A DNA stretch of 34,786 nucleotides from a virus. A program made the translations under genes and the position numbers. This document shows positions 33,313 through 34,786 of the stretch, piece by piece. How positions within the stretch are numbered: position 1 is the stretch's first letter; each line of letters opens with the position of its first letter. The DNA lies in the IMG/VR virus record IMGVR_UViG_3300045988_092324, positions 1-34,786 of that record; one strand, given 5' to 3'. A model generated the notes under the pieces. That model searched no databases, was not told where the DNA came from, and saw only the letters and a list, made by a program, of their open reading frames with translations.

Positions 33313-33999
33313 ATGGCGAGATATTTAGTGGGCAACATCAAGGGCCCCAAGGGTGACACCGGCGCGACAGGACCACAAGGGCCCGCCGGCGCGCGAGGGG
33401 CCACGGGAGCCACGGGCCCGCAGGGTCCGAAAGGCGACGCGGGCGCGACAGGACCGCAAGGGCCAACCGGCAAGCAGGGGCCGACAGGCCCCACTGGCCC
33501 CGCGGGCTCGCAAGGACCGCAGGGCATCCAGGGGCCTAAAGGTCCGACAGGCCCGCAGGGGCCGCGAGGCCCGCAGGGGCCGTCTGGCGGCGAAATCAAG
33601 GACACGCGCAACGACAACCAGCCGCCGAGCTGGTACATGAAGAACCACGCGAATGAGACTGTAGTCGAGTTCAAGAATGCCAAGGTCATCGGGCTTTCGA
33701 GCAGCGAGACCTATGCGACCCTCGTCACCTTCGTGCAATGGGGCGAAAGTTCCGGCGGGTACCCGAAGCAGGTCGCTATGAGCGGCGAAGACATATGGTG
33801 GCGGCGCGGCGGGTCGGACTCTTCGTGGACGGCGTGGCAGCACATCCTCGATATCCTCGACCCGAACACGATGTGGATCATAGCCCATCGTGTCGGCGAG
33901 TACTTGGAGACGGACGGCTCGTTTGACCCGAACAACATCGGCGGTACATGGGTGCGGGCACCGAGTATCGGGCCGCACACGTGGCTGAGAACTAGTTAA
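33313..33999 (+). CDS. Tail fibre with collagen-like stalk and globular C-terminal (receptor-binding-like) domain
   Basis: 228 aa. G-X-Y block at residues 11-94, then a Trp-rich globular domain ([30 protein letters not shown]). Confidence 0.8.
   Translation: MARYLVGNIKGPKGDTGATGPQGPAGARGATGATGPQGPKGDAGATGPQGPTGKQGPTGPTGPAGSQGPQGIQGPKGPTGPQGPRGPQGPSGGEIKDTRNDNQPPSWYMKNHANETVVEFKNAKVIGLSSSETYATLVTFVQWGESSGGYPKQVAMSGEDIWWRRGGSDSSWTAWQHILDILDPNTMWIIAHRVGEYLETDGSFDPNNIGGTWVRAPSIGPHTWLRTS
33343..33594 (+). repeat. Collagen-like G-X-Y triplet block 3 (84 residues)
   Basis: [34 protein letters not shown]...GPQGPSGGE. Confidence 0.95.
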
Positions 34000-34009
34000 A
34001 GGAGAGAAC

Positions 34010-34240
34010 ATGGCAAAGACAGAGAATTTCACCCACTACACCTGCGACCGATGCGGCGCTGACGCGTACCTCCAGCAAGGTGCTGCGGCGACTGGTGACT
34101 GGCGCGAGGTCGAGCGCTTCGACCAGTACGGCAGCAGGGCCACGCGCCTGCTGTGCAAGGGGTGCACGGACGCGTACAAGAAGCTCGCCGCCAAGCACGA
34201 CGGCGAGTTCCAGCAGTTCATGAGCAACGCGAAGGAGTAG
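34010..34240 (+). CDS. Small zinc-ribbon protein (76 aa) between fibre genes
   Basis: RBS AAAGGAGAG. Cys motifs are CDRCGA...CKGC. Confidence 0.65.
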   Translation: MAKTENFTHYTCDRCGADAYLQQGAAATGDWREVERFDQYGSRATRLLCKGCTDAYKKLAAKHDGEFQQFMSNAKE

Positions 34241-34244
34241 TAAC

Positions 34245-34786
34245 ATGGCATTTGAAATCGTGGACGGCATGACGGGGACCAAGCACATCAGCTCAGACGA
34301 CCTGTCGGCGCTGAACGTCGCGACCATCGGCAAAGCAAACTGCGTGCTGGAGTACGGTGACGACTTCAAGCTCACGATGGCGAGCGCGAACAGCGCGACG
34401 CTCGGCACCGGTGTAGGTATGGTCGGCGGCAAGAGATTTTGGAACCAGGCGGCAACCTCGCTGACGGTCCAGTCTGGTACGCAGGGCCAGAAGCGTAACG
34501 ACCTCGTCGTAGCCCGCTACGCGAAGACCAGCGCGGGCATCGAGAGCATCACGCCCGTCGTCGTCAAGGGCACGCCCAGCACGGGGACGGCGGCGGACCC
34601 CGCGACGACCTCCAACGACCTGAAGCTCTGGCGCATCCCGCTGAACGGCATCAGCGTCGGCACGCCCGTGAGGCTCTTCGACCCCGTGGCCTCGCTCGCG
34701 ACCCTCGGGGATTCTGTATCCCAAGGCCGCGACCCGTCGCTCGACCGCAGCGGGACTGCCGAGGGATGGAACTATTCACTCGTTCA
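34245..34786 (+). CDS. Fibre/tail-tip-like protein, 5' part only (open at the window end); the last 77 nt are the inverted repeat
   Basis: Not in the track because it has no stop. ATG at 34245 after GAAGGAG. 180 codons open to the window edge. Translation is MAFEIVDGMTGTKHISSDDLSALNVATIG...QKRNDLVVARY...GDSVSQGRDPSLDRSGTAEGWNYSLV. Confidence 0.75.
   Translation, partial: MAFEIVDGMTGTKHISSDDLSALNVATIGKANCVLEYGDDFKLTMASANSATLGTGVGMVGGKRFWNQAATSLTVQSGTQGQKRNDLVVARYAKTSAGIESITPVVVKGTPSTGTAADPATTSNDLKLWRIPLNGISVGTPVRLFDPVASLATLGDSVSQGRDPSLDRSGTAEGWNYSLV
34710..34786. repeat. Right copy of the 77-bp terminal inverted repeat
   Basis: Exact reverse complement of 1-77. Lies within the open fibre-like ORF. 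Confidence 0.97.

Larger units (their letters stand above)
1..34786. mobile_element. Near-complete temperate tailed-phage (siphovirus-type) genome, bounded by a 77-bp inverted repeat; no host genes visible
   Basis: Complete set of recognisable modules (lysis, integrase plus CI/Cro switch, RecT/SSB/RusA, TerS/TerL/portal/MuF/scaffold/capsid, major tail, frameshifted chaperones, tape measure, Dit, fibres). Tight gene packing with overlapping stop/start codons. Confidence 0.9.

Noticed and set aside
32426-33594. Periodic repeats considered as a CRISPR array or as diversity-generating retroelement template/variable repeats.
   Set aside because: The periodicity is 9 nt or less, matching codon triplets for Gly-X-Y within intact ORFs. 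There is no repeat-spacer structure, no reverse transcriptase gene in the window, and no adenine-specific mismatch pattern.
34710-34786. Simple circular closure by joining the window ends directly.
   Set aside because: That would create a 154-bp perfect palindrome and make the fibre ORF read through into antisense recombinase sequence (about 48 nonsense-looking codons). This is biologically implausible, so intervening DNA is more likely.

Overview
The window reads as a nearly complete, high-GC temperate siphovirus-type phage genome with no host flanks. The order is: small tyrosine recombinase (-), lysis cassette (+; membrane protein, holin, secreted amidase), bidirectional terminator and attP-like region. 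Next comes the lysogeny module on the minus strand: integrase, a tail-anchored membrane protein, a DUF4041/T5orf172 protein and a CI-like LexA/S24 repressor, followed by an AT-rich divergent switch region. A long + strand operon follows: Cro-like HTH, excisionase-family HTH, RusA, RecT/Bet, DUF1351-like protein, actinobacterial-type IHF, SSB and a replisome-organiser-like protein. It continues with many small Cys-rich proteins and a lower-GC accessory island (Lar-like, DUF4406-like, tandem paralogues), then TerS, TerL, portal and MuF-like protein. The structural genes are scaffold, capsid, connectors, major tail protein, a chaperone pair with a -1 frameshift, tape measure, Dit, two collagen-repeat fibre proteins and a last fibre-like ORF that runs off the window. 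The IHF type and GC content suggest an actinobacterial host (inference). The most striking signal is that the first 77 bp are the exact reverse complement of the last 77 bp. The right copy lies inside the open fibre ORF, and the left copy touches the stop codon of the extra tyrosine recombinase. This looks like a Mu G-segment-style fibre inversion switch run by a tyrosine recombinase, with the invertible segment itself outside the window. Other leads are a MuF protein with a RadC/JAB-like C-terminus plus a downstream mini-cassette, a prophage-borne DUF4041-T5orf172 defence candidate, a repeat-bounded moron and a heavily structured 286-bp non-coding gap. Many long alternative-frame ORFs in the track are GC-driven shadows and were not called.
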